From Myxococcota bacterium (GTDB taxonomy: Bacteria > Myxococcota > XYA12-FULL-58-9 > JALHOP01): 14,060 nt of DNA. Made by a program: the position numbers and the translations under genes. The notes below the pieces were generated by a model. It ran no database searches. It had not been told where the DNA came from and saw nothing but the letters and a program-made list of their open reading frames with translations. Where the stretch lies: assembly GCA_041288095.1 (NCBI GenBank), contig JBGGMJ010000064.1, positions 1 to 14,060 on the forward strand. Reading direction: 5' to 3'. This document shows, in pieces, positions 6,452-14,060 of this stretch. Position 1 is the first letter of the stretch. The number at the start of each line of letters is the position of its first letter.

Positions 6452-8536
6452 TTAGTCACCGGGCGTCAGCCGGGCCCCGAGGGCGTTCGGCGACTCCGCG
6501 GGCAGCTCGCACACTCCGCGATGGCAGACGTAGCCGACGGCTTGCTGCTTGAATTCCGTGCGCCCTTCCAGGAGCGCGAGCTTCGCCGGCGCTAGGTCCG
6601 GTCCCGCGATGACGCGCACGCCCAGCGGCAAGAACCGCCCGCGCAAGAAATCCAGCATCGGCCCGCGTTCGACCCCGGCGACGACGATCTGCAGCGGCTC
6701 ACCGTGGAACCAATCGAGCGCCGCGAGCATCGCGGGCACCGCGAAAGCGGCCCGTCGGAGCTGGAACGCAAAAGCGGACAGGAGAGCCTTGGCTCTCACG
6801 TGATAGCTCTCGTCGTCGGTGAGCTGATGCAAGCGCAAGAGGTTGCGGCAACCCACCGAGTTCCCGGAGGGCTCGGCGCCGTCGTAGTCCGGCTTGTCCC
6901 GCCGGATGAGCACCTCGGCATCCGCGGCACTCAAGAAGTAACCTCCGCCTTCGGCGTCCCAGAACTGCTGGTCGAGCTGGCCCTGTAGACCGCGCGCGAA
7001 ATCGAGCCATTCGACCTCGCCGGTCGCCTCGAAGAGCTCGAGCAGTCCCTGGATGACGAACGTGTAGTCATCGAGCACCGCCGCGTGGCGCGCCTCACCG
7101 GCTCGGAACGTGCGGCGCAAGCGTCCGTGAACCTGCATATCGTCGCGAATGAAACGCGCGGCCCCGCGAGCCGCGTCGAGATAACGCTCGTCGCCGAGCA
7201 CGAAGCCCGCGCGCGCGAAAGCGGACATCGCGAGCCCGTTCCAGGCGGCGATGATCTTGTCGTCGAGACGTGGCGCGGGCCGCGCCTTGCGAGCTTCGTA
7301 AAGCTTGGCGTTCGCGAGGTCGACGTCGCCGCTCCCCTTCAGACGCAGCACCGAGCGTCCCTCGAAGTTGCCCTCTGGAGTTACGCCGTAGATGTCCCCG
7401 ACGCGGCGGGCCTCGACTGCGCCGAGCACGTCCTCCAGCTCCCGCGGCGTCCAGGTGAAGAACCACCCTTCCTCGAGATGGCCGGCGGGCGTCACGCTAT
7501 CGGCGTCGGTCGCCGAGTAGAACCCACCGCGTGCGTCGCGCATCTCGCGCAGCAGATAGTCGAGAGTGCGGCGCGCGATTTGGGCGAAGTCCTCCCGGCC
7601 GAAAGCCTGCGCGGCGGTGACGTAGGTCGTCGCCAGCTGAGCGTTGTCGTAGAGCATCTTCTCGAAATGAGGGACCAGCCACATCGAGTCGACGGAATAG
7701 CGGTGAAACCCCCCGCCGACCTGGTCGAACATGCCGCCGTTGGCCATGCCCTCCAGCGTCCGCGTGACCACGGTGGCCAGGTCGCCGTCGCCCGAGCGCG
7801 CCCATATTTGCAGCAGCGCATCGAGCACCACCGGCCGCGGGAACTTCGGCGCTCCCTCGAAACCACCCGAAGCCGCGTCGAAGCGCGCTTTTGCCTCGTC
7901 CGCGAAAGAAGACAGCAACGACTCGCGCGGAAAGTCGAACGCCGGCGGCGGCTCGGGCTGCAAATAGCGCGTCAACGTCGCCGCAGTCTTGTCGAGCTCG
8001 GCGGGAGCTTCTTGCTTGCGCCGCTCGACCTCGCGCAAGAGCGACAGGAAGCCGACCTGCGCGCCGCGATCACCGTCGCGCGCCGGAAAATAAGTGCCGG
8101 CGAAGATGGGCTGCCGCTCGGCCGTGGTGAAAACGGTCATCGGCCAGCCGCCTTGCCCGCTGATAAGCTGCACGGCGCTCATGTACACGGCGTCGACATC
8201 GGGCCGCTCCTCGCGATCGACCTTCACCGCCACGTAGTGTTGGTTGATGAACGCGGCGATCTCCTCGTCCTCGAAGGACTCGTGCTCCATCACGTGGCAC
8301 CAATGACAGGTCGAGTAGCCGATGCTCACGAGCACGAGCTTGTTCTCGGCTTTGGCCCGCGCGAACGCCTCGTCGCCCCAGGGGTACCAGTTCACCGGGT
8401 TGTGGGCGTGCTGCAGCAGGTACGGGCTGGTCTCGAGGACGAGGCGGTTGACGAAGCGCTTGCCGGGCGCGCGGCCCTCGAGTGTGGCCTGCAAAGCCTC
8501 GTCGACATTGGCGATACCAGGAAGCTTCGGATCCAT
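6452..8536 (-). CDS. Thioredoxin-domain protein, DUF255/YyaL/SSP411 family (thioredoxin-like + alpha/alpha-barrel)
   Basis: NRL...[88 protein letters not shown]-terminal YVC..GVC.LP. Confidence 0.95.
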   Translation of the reverse strand: MDPKLPGIANVDEALQATLEGRAPGKRFVNRLVLETSPYLLQHAHNPVNWYPWGDEAFARAKAENKLVLVSIGYSTCHWCHVMEHESFEDEEIAAFINQHYVAVKVDREERPDVDAVYMSAVQLISGQGGWPMTVFTTAERQPIFAGTYFPARDGDRGAQVGFLSLLREVERRKQEAPAELDKTAATLTRYLQPEPPPAFDFPRESLLSSFADEAKARFDAASGGFEGAPKFPRPVVLDALLQIWARSGDGDLATVVTRTLEGMANGGMFDQVGGGFHRYSVDSMWLVPHFEKMLYDNAQLATTYVTAAQAFGREDFAQIARRTLDYLLREMRDARGGFYSATDADSVTPAGHLEEGWFFTWTPRELEDVLGAVEARRVGDIYGVTPEGNFEGRSVLRLKGSGDVDLANAKLYEARKARPAPRLDDKIIAAWNGLAMSAFARAGFVLGDERYLDAARGAARFIRDDMQVHGRLRRTFRAGEARHAAVLDDYTFVIQGLLELFEATGEVEWLDFARGLQGQLDQQFWDAEGGGYFLSAADAEVLIRRDKPDYDGAEPSGNSVGCRNLLRLHQLTDDESYHVRAKALLSAFAFQLRRAAFAVPAMLAALDWFHGEPLQIVVAGVERGPMLDFLRGRFLPLGVRVIAGPDLAPAKLALLEGRTEFKQQAVGYVCHRGVCELPAESPNALGARLTPGD

Positions 8537-8576
8537 GCGGAGCCACCGTGTCAGGAGGTGTGGGGCCTACGCTAGT

Positions 8577-8592
8577 GCAAGCTGTAGCTTGC
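8577..8592. promoter_or_regulatory. Perfect inverted repeat in divergent intergenic region, candidate operator
   Basis: GCAAGCT-GT-AGCTTGC between the starts at 8536 (-) and 8625 (+). Confidence 0.45.
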
Positions 8593-8624
8593 GACTGTCA
8601 GTTCCGAATGGCACGCTTTTCGAC

Positions 8625-9224
8625 GTGACCAATCGCATCACCCCGCAGGCAGCCTATGCGGCGGCCATCGCCCCCGGTTCCGAGCAACGCCATCGCATCT
8701 CCGACACCGAGTTCGGACGCATCGCCGAAGCGTTCAATCGCCGCAGCCATGCCGTCGACTTCATGGGCATCAAGGCTTTCGACCAGACACAGGCCGCGCA
8801 AACCACTTTCTTGCGATCGATCGCCGACGAGAACCCGGCACTCGCCCAGTCCCTCCTGAGAGGCGAAAACTGGCAGCAGTACTTGGGCCGGCGCATCGGC
8901 CACGACGTGCGGCCCGAGAGCGCCGAGCAGGCCCGTGCCGAGCTTCGTACGCGCCTCGGAGGCAGCAGCGACGCGATGCCGCCGCGGGTACCCGACGCTC
9001 TGCGCCAGCGCGTCGAGCGATTCGGCGCCCAGGTCCGCGCTTCCACCAACGAGGTGCTGAACCCCACCGACGGCAAGTACTTCGAGCTCTTCCGCGGCAA
9101 CCTCGAGGCCGCCTACCGCTCCCCCGAGGGACGAGCGCTGCTCGAAGAAGTTGGCAAGGTGCCCGGCGTCACCAACGCGCGCCAAACGATGTCCGAGATC
9201 ATCGGCCGCAGCCGCGACCGCTGA
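8625..9224 (+). CDS. Hypothetical protein (~199 aa, predicted mostly helical)
   Basis: GC3-biased frame filling the gap divergent from the DUF255 gene. The ORF-track start at 8322 overlaps that gene, so GTG 8625 (MTNRITPQAAY) is preferred. No family recognised. Confidence 0.75.
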   Translation: MTNRITPQAAYAAAIAPGSEQRHRISDTEFGRIAEAFNRRSHAVDFMGIKAFDQTQAAQTTFLRSIADENPALAQSLLRGENWQQYLGRRIGHDVRPESAEQARAELRTRLGGSSDAMPPRVPDALRQRVERFGAQVRASTNEVLNPTDGKYFELFRGNLEAAYRSPEGRALLEEVGKVPGVTNARQTMSEIIGRSRDR

Positions 9225-9297
9225 CAGACAGTCCGCCATCGCGGGTACCTCGGGGGCGAGTTGCCGCGGTCGCCACGGAGTGGCAGGCTGTGCCTAC

Positions 9298-9750
9298 ATG
9301 ACGGAGAGCGCCGCCCCCGCGCCCAACATCGGCTCGCACCCGCTCACCGGGAAGCTCGTCGCCGCCTTGCGACAGGCGGGCAGCGGTCTTGGGTTTGCGA
9401 GCAGCGACATCGAGCAGTTCCGCAAGGCCGGAAGTGAGCTCGATCCCGAAGCTTTGCTGGTCTGGATCCGGGACCTCAGCACCCTCGCCATCACGCTGCG
9501 AAACGACATCATGGCGAACGGGGCGGCGACGCAGATCGAGCAGGGTCTGATCGAGCCGCTCTGCCGCGTCCTCGAGACCCATGTGCGCGCCGAAGGCATC
9601 GGTTCGACCCGTGGCAATGCGGTCGAGCAGCTCGTTCAAGCCGAGCGTCGCAAGCTGGAGAAGCCGACCGGCGTGGCCGCCGGAATCGCCCCCAAGGGTA
9701 CCAACCCGGTTGGCGCGTACATTCGCGGCCGACGAAAAAAAGACCAATAA
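9298..9750 (+). CDS. Hypothetical protein, paralogue A (150 aa)
   Basis: ATG at 9298, GC3 bias, and ungapped similarity to the downstream ORF (41/78 identical by hand count), which supports both being real genes. Confidence 0.85.
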   Translation: MTESAAPAPNIGSHPLTGKLVAALRQAGSGLGFASSDIEQFRKAGSELDPEALLVWIRDLSTLAITLRNDIMANGAATQIEQGLIEPLCRVLETHVRAEGIGSTRGNAVEQLVQAERRKLEKPTGVAAGIAPKGTNPVGAYIRGRRKKDQ

Positions 9751-9809
9751 ACGTCAGGCTGTCAGCACCTGCAATGAACCACTAGAGCCCACATTACACC
9801 CTACCGGGT

Positions 9810-10106
9810 ATGTTGGGCATGCGCGGCGTTATCCACGACGGAAGAGTCCTCACGAGCCAGCTCGTCGGCGCCCTGCGGCGCGGCGACCGGGGGCTCGCCT
9901 TCGCCGAGACCGACATCGAACGCTTCCGCAACGTCGGGTCGAGCCTCTTGCCCGACACGTTGACGACCTGGGTGCGCGAGCTCGGTGTCCTTGCGGTCAC
10001 CTTGCGCGACCACGTGCATGCGACCCAAGCAGCCAAGCAGCTCGAGCGCGAGCTCATCGACCCGCTGTGCGCGGTGCTCGATCGCGCTTCGCGGGCCCGC
10101 GCCTAG
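9810..10106 (+). CDS. Hypothetical protein, paralogue B (95-98 aa)
   Basis: Paralogue of 9298..9750 lacking its C-terminal tail. The start is ATG 9810 or 9819. Its stop overlaps the convergent gene's stop in CTAG (10103-10106). Confidence 0.85.
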   Translation: MLGMRGVIHDGRVLTSQLVGALRRGDRGLAFAETDIERFRNVGSSLLPDTLTTWVRELGVLAVTLRDHVHATQAAKQLERELIDPLCAVLDRASRARA

Positions 10107-10831
10107 AACGTGTAGCCGAGCACGACGGCGGTCTCCTGAGCGCCGCTGCCGCTGGTGTCGATGAGCGACGCGATGAGGCTCGCGGAGACGTGCGTGCTCG
10201 ACGCCGAGCCGAACGGATAGATCCAGACGTCGAAGCCCACGCGCAGAGGACGCGACAGGCTTGCTCCCTGATTGGACTCCTCGCGGCCGAGCCCCAACGC
10301 CTCGGCACGCTTGTGGCGGTAAAGCGACGGCGAGAACCAGGCGTACGGCAGCACCGACACGTACGGACCGAAAGCGAGCTCCGCCATGAAGCCGACGCCG
10401 GAGGACAACTGAGTCTGGGCCGCCGATGACGTGTCGCGATCACCACTGCCGCTATAACGGACGGCGCGGAAGTTCGCGAAGACAGTGAGCGCGTGGGGCC
10501 GTCCCCAGCCACCGCCGGACAGCAGCTCTGCGTAAAGACGAGCCTGTCCGCCATAGAGGATGCCGCCAAACTCGCGGTCTCGATCGACGATCTCGACGCT
10601 GGCGCGGCCGATGAGCGTGGAGAGCTGCGCCCCGAAGCCGGCTGCTCGATCGATCTGCAGAATGTATTGCAACCCCTGACCCTCGAGGGTCAGCGGCACC
10701 GCCCCGGCGCTCTCATCACGCACGTAGACGAGCTGCGGCGTGTGGTGCAGCTCATCGGTATCGATATGGACCCGCGTAAGCGGCGCCGAATACGACGCCA
10801 CCAGGACCGCGGTCACCAGGTAGGCAATCAT
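10103..10831 (-). CDS. Putative outer-membrane beta-barrel protein
   Basis: Hydrophobic N-terminus (MIAYLVTAVLVAS), many alternating aromatic/Gly strands (LRVGFDVWIY, THVSASLIAS), and a C-terminal beta-signal VVLGYTF. Confidence 0.7.
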   Translation of the reverse strand: MIAYLVTAVLVASYSAPLTRVHIDTDELHHTPQLVYVRDESAGAVPLTLEGQGLQYILQIDRAAGFGAQLSTLIGRASVEIVDRDREFGGILYGGQARLYAELLSGGGWGRPHALTVFANFRAVRYSGSGDRDTSSAAQTQLSSGVGFMAELAFGPYVSVLPYAWFSPSLYRHKRAEALGLGREESNQGASLSRPLRVGFDVWIYPFGSASSTHVSASLIASLIDTSGSGAQETAVVLGYTF

Positions 10832-10960
10832 TTCGAGCCAACAAATAGCACGCGCAACGCGGGCGACGACATCACGGGATAAGACGGGAGAGCACGTTCA
10901 TCCCGCGTGAAGCCAGTTCGCAGCCGCGACGCGGAAACGAACGAAGCTACAACAATACTG

Positions 10961-11018
10961 GCGTTCAGGTTCCGCGTTGCCTCTGCGGAACCTGAACACA
11001 GCGCCGCCCCTGCGGCGC
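10961..11018 (-). terminator. Double hairpin directly after the lon stop codon (terminator or mRNA 3' stabiliser)
   Basis: GCGCCGC/GCGGCGC stem (11001-11018) and a perfect 13-bp stem GTTCAGGTTCCGC (10963-10975) / GCGGAACCTGAAC (10985-10997). On the minus strand it is followed by T-rich but not poly-U sequence. Confidence 0.6.
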
Positions 11019-11020
11019 GA

Positions 11021-13471
11021 TCAATTCGGCGCTGTCGGAGGCACCGACGGCACCACCGGATTGGCTTTCGCCAATGCAATCGGTGACTGCTCGAGCGCGG
11101 CTTCCAGCACTTCGTCCATGCGGTGCGCGAAGACGAACTCGAGGCCAAGGAGATTCTGCTTCGGAATCTCGACCAAGTCCTTCTTGTTGCGTTCCGGCAT
11201 GATGATGCGCTTCACGCCCGCGCGCTTGGCCGCCAGGACCTTCTCCTTGATGCCACCGACCGGTAGCACGTTGCCGCGCAACGTGATCTCGCCGGTCATC
11301 GCCACGTCACTGCGCACCTTGATGCCGGTGAGCAACGATACGAGCGCGGTCAGCATCGTGACGCCCGCCGAGGGACCATCCTTGGGGATGCCGCCCGCGG
11401 GAACGTGGACGTGCAGGTCGAAGTTCTTCAGCGAGTCTTCGCTGATGCCGAGGCGCTGTGCTTGCGAGCGCACGAACGACATGGCCGCCTGACCCGACTC
11501 CTTCATGACGTCGCCGAGCTGACCGGTGAGCGTCATGGCGCCCTTGCCGGAGAACTTGGTGGCTTCGATGAAGAGAATGTCGCCGCCGACCGAGGTCCAC
11601 GCGAGACCCGTCGCGACACCCGTAAGCTCGGTGCGCTCCGCCATCTCGTTGATGAACTTCGGCGGACCCAGGATGGTCTCGAGGTCTTCCTTGGTGACGA
11701 GCCGCTTCTCGGTCTTGCCATCGGCGAAGTCGACCGCGACGGCACGGCAAACCGAAGCGATCTCGCGCTTCAGGTTACGCACACCGGCTTCGCGCGTGTA
11801 CGACGCGATCAGCTCCATCAAGGCTTCCTGCGGAATGTCCGCGCGGTCGCCGTTGAGACCGTGGTCTTCCAGGGCCTTCGGCACCAAGTGCCGCATGGCG
11901 ATCTCGAGCTTCTCTTCCTGGGTGTAACCAGGGATCTCGAGGATCTCGAGGCGGTCCTTCAAGGCCGGCGGAATCGGCTCGAGCTGATTCGCGGTGGCGA
12001 TGAAGAAGCACTTCGAGAGATCGAAGGCGACGTCGATGTAATGATCGGCAAAGGTGTGGTTCTGATCGGGGTCCAAGACCTCGAGCAACGCCGCCGCTGG
12101 ATCACCACGGAAGTCGTGGGCCAGCTTGTCGACCTCGTCGAGGACGAAGACGGGATTGTTGGTCGCCGACTTCTTCATGCCCTGGATGATGCGACCCGGG
12201 AGCGCGCCGACGTATGTACGGCGGTGACCACGGATCTCCGCTTCGTCACGCACGCCGCCCATGGCGACGCGGATGAACTTGCGGCCCATCGACTTGGCGA
12301 TCGACTGACCGAGCGACGTCTTGCCGACGCCGGGCGGACCGACGAAGCACAAGATCGGACCCTTCATGTCGCTCTTGAGCTTGCGAACCGCCAGGTACTC
12401 GATGATGCGCTTCTTGGGCTTCTCGAGGCCGTAGTGATCAGCGTCGAGGATCTCGCGCACCTCTTTGAGATCGATCTTGTCGACCGAGGCCTTCGCCCAC
12501 GGCAGGTCGCACAGCCACTCGACGTATGTACGAGCGACCGTGTACTCGGCCTGCGACGGCGACATGTTGCGCAGACGGCGCAGCTCCTTGCGGGCGGCCT
12601 TCTCGGCTTCGTCCGGGAGACCAGCGTCGTTGACGCGAGCTTCGAGCTCCGCCAGATCGTCGTCGCTGTCGTCGCCTTCACCGAGCTCGTCTTTGATCGC
12701 CTTGAGCTGTTGACGCAGGTAGTACTCGCGCTGCGTCTTCGACATCTCGCCTTTGACCTGCGAGCTGATCTTGTTCGACAGCTTGAGGACCTCGAGCTGA
12801 CGGGAGAGCAGCTCGAGCACGCGACGCATGCGCGACACCAGCTCGACCGTCTCGAGGACGCCCTGCTTCTCGTCGACCGTGGCCTCCACGTTCGAGGCGA
12901 TGAGGTCGGCGAGGACACCGGCGTCGTCGACGCGCTCCAGGAGCTCGGCCGCGGACGGTGGCAGCTCGGGGATGAGCCGCAACACTTCGCGCGCCGTCTT
13001 CTTGAGCGACATGGTCAAGGCTTCGACCTCGACCTGGTTCGTCGTCATGTCCTCGACGGCGCTGATGCGCGCGCGCAGGTACGGCAACGACTGGGTGTAC
13101 TCGCTCAGGCGAACGCGCGAGAGGCCTTGAACGACGACGCTGAAGTTGTCCTTCGAGGCCTTGACCAGCTTCACGAGGCGGGCGGCGCAGCCCATCCCGT
13201 AGAGATCGGCGGGAACGGGGTCGTCGACATCGGGGTCTCGCTGCGCGACCACGGCGACCAACCCGTTTTCCTTGATGCTCTCTTCGACGAGTCGCACGGT
13301 CTTCGGCCGTCCGATGCCCAGGGGCACGATCGAACCAGGGAAGAGCACGGTGTTGCGCAGCGTCAGTACCGGCAGCTCGTCGGGGATGACGATCATGCTG
13401 TCACCTTCACCAGGCTTGGTAAGGGCGTGCTCGATACCGATGTTTTCTAGGGGCTTCTTTTTGTCGGCCAT
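11021..13471 (-). CDS. lon: ATP-dependent Lon protease (LonD/BsgA-like)
   Basis: LON N-domain (LPVLTLRNTVLFPG), Walker A GPPGVGKTS, Walker B VLDEVDK, GHRRTYVGALPG, catalytic DGPSAG (Ser) and GGIKEK (Lys); 816 aa. Confidence 0.98.
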   Translation of the reverse strand: MADKKKPLENIGIEHALTKPGEGDSMIVIPDELPVLTLRNTVLFPGSIVPLGIGRPKTVRLVEESIKENGLVAVVAQRDPDVDDPVPADLYGMGCAARLVKLVKASKDNFSVVVQGLSRVRLSEYTQSLPYLRARISAVEDMTTNQVEVEALTMSLKKTAREVLRLIPELPPSAAELLERVDDAGVLADLIASNVEATVDEKQGVLETVELVSRMRRVLELLSRQLEVLKLSNKISSQVKGEMSKTQREYYLRQQLKAIKDELGEGDDSDDDLAELEARVNDAGLPDEAEKAARKELRRLRNMSPSQAEYTVARTYVEWLCDLPWAKASVDKIDLKEVREILDADHYGLEKPKKRIIEYLAVRKLKSDMKGPILCFVGPPGVGKTSLGQSIAKSMGRKFIRVAMGGVRDEAEIRGHRRTYVGALPGRIIQGMKKSATNNPVFVLDEVDKLAHDFRGDPAAALLEVLDPDQNHTFADHYIDVAFDLSKCFFIATANQLEPIPPALKDRLEILEIPGYTQEEKLEIAMRHLVPKALEDHGLNGDRADIPQEALMELIASYTREAGVRNLKREIASVCRAVAVDFADGKTEKRLVTKEDLETILGPPKFINEMAERTELTGVATGLAWTSVGGDILFIEATKFSGKGAMTLTGQLGDVMKESGQAAMSFVRSQAQRLGISEDSLKNFDLHVHVPAGGIPKDGPSAGVTMLTALVSLLTGIKVRSDVAMTGEITLRGNVLPVGGIKEKVLAAKRAGVKRIIMPERNKKDLVEIPKQNLLGLEFVFAHRMDEVLEAALEQSPIALAKANPVVPSVPPTAPN

Positions 13472-13710
13472 GGCCTGCTTTCGGTTGGCGCTCTACCAAA
13501 AGATCTAACGATCCCACTCTGGCGTGTGCACCGCCGCACTGCAAGAGGATGACGGCACGAGCCCCGAATTTCTGCACCGAGATGTGTGCATTTTTGCTGA
13601 CTTGAAACGCCGAAATTGGCCTTGCGCACGCTCGGGGTAGCACGCTAATTGGCGCTTCCGTCTCACCTGGTGAGATCTGCTCGGACAGCTAGACCCGTTG
13701 GGAGCCATTC

Positions 13711-14060
13711 ATGTTTTTGCAGGAGCTTTTCGCCGCGGCCAAGAAGAAGGCGCCCGCCAAAAAGGCGCCCGCTCGTGACGCCGACGAGGAGTTCAACGAC
13801 GACGCCGCTAGCGAGGACGATGGCGACGACGGCGATGATGACGAAGACGACGATGGCGACGGTGATGACGAAGACGAGCTAGGCGACGACGAAGAGCTCG
13901 GCGACCTCGAAGACGACGGCGAGGGCGGCGAAGACGACGACGCCGAAGAAGAAGACGAGGAAGAAGAAGGCAAAGGCACCGAGCTCGACGAGGACTTTGG
14001 CTTCGATGACGACGAGGGCTTCGGCGACTTCGACGACGACGACGACGATGATGACGACGA
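13711..14060 (+). CDS. Partial hyper-acidic, intrinsically disordered protein (runs off the right edge)
   Basis: GGAG at 13701-13704, ATG at 13711, open to the window end: MFLQELFAAAKKKAPAKKAPARDADEEFNDDAASEDDGDD...FGFDDDEGFGDFDDDDDDDDD. It is missing from the ORF track because it has no stop in the window. Confidence 0.85.
   Translation, partial: MFLQELFAAAKKKAPAKKAPARDADEEFNDDAASEDDGDDGDDDEDDDGDGDDEDELGDDEELGDLEDDGEGGEDDDAEEEDEEEEGKGTELDEDFGFDDDEGFGDFDDDDDDDDD

Noticed and set aside
8609-8623. Sigma54-like TGGCACG-CTTT-TCGA
   Set aside because: The -24 element is perfect, but the -12 reads GA instead of GC. The implied TSS would fall downstream of the preferred GTG 8625. Not excluded if the true start is later.
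10953-10997. GTTCAG/CTGAAC half-sites after lon as a LexA box
   Set aside because: They are the arms of an RNA hairpin in the wrong orientation and spacing for an SOS box.
10828-11148. Minus-strand ORF bridging lon and the beta-barrel gene, ending in an ATGA overlap
   Set aside because: It overlaps the lon 3' end out of frame, crosses the double hairpin and lacks coding-like composition.
11405-13450. 681-aa ORF antisense to lon (likewise 3612..4586, 5009..6355, 7085..8575, 8598..9239)
   Set aside because: Codon-mirror antisense frames of well-supported genes. Stop codons are scarce there because of GC3 bias.
13638-13652. Sigma54-like TAGCACG-CTAA-TTGG before the acidic gene
   Set aside because: Both invariant dinucleotides (GG at -24, GC at -12) are broken.
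13689-13979. Ser-rich 96-aa minus-strand ORF, and Thr-rich 13649..13882 on plus
   Set aside because: Alternate readings of the Asp/Glu codon run. The frame from 13711 has an SD and coherent composition.

Overview
High-GC bacterial chromosomal region, probably from Myxococcota or a related deltaproteobacterium. This is inferred from a LonD/BsgA-type Lon, a Pph1-like PP2C and a myxobacterial-type LexA box. The housekeeping backbone is a PP2C phosphatase and M23 peptidase operon (-), fabI (+), recN (-) with two abutting putative SOS boxes, a DUF255/YyaL thioredoxin-domain protein (-) and Lon protease (-). Uncharacterised genes are interspersed. (i) A ~565-aa protein whose core follows the S-adenosylhomocysteine hydrolase (AHCY) fold motif by motif, with several catalytic residues replaced, an extra N-terminal region and a perfect sigma28-type GCCGATAA box upstream. 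(ii) A co-oriented trio: one orphan gene followed by two tandem paralogues (about 53% identical over 78 aa). (iii) A predicted outer-membrane beta-barrel. (iv) At the right edge, a truncated protein with a Lys tract followed by a tail that is about two-thirds Asp/Glu. A CCGA-NNN heptamer repeat family sits right after two stop codons. No mobile element, CRISPR array or RNA gene is supported. All homology calls are by-eye motif recognition, not database searches.
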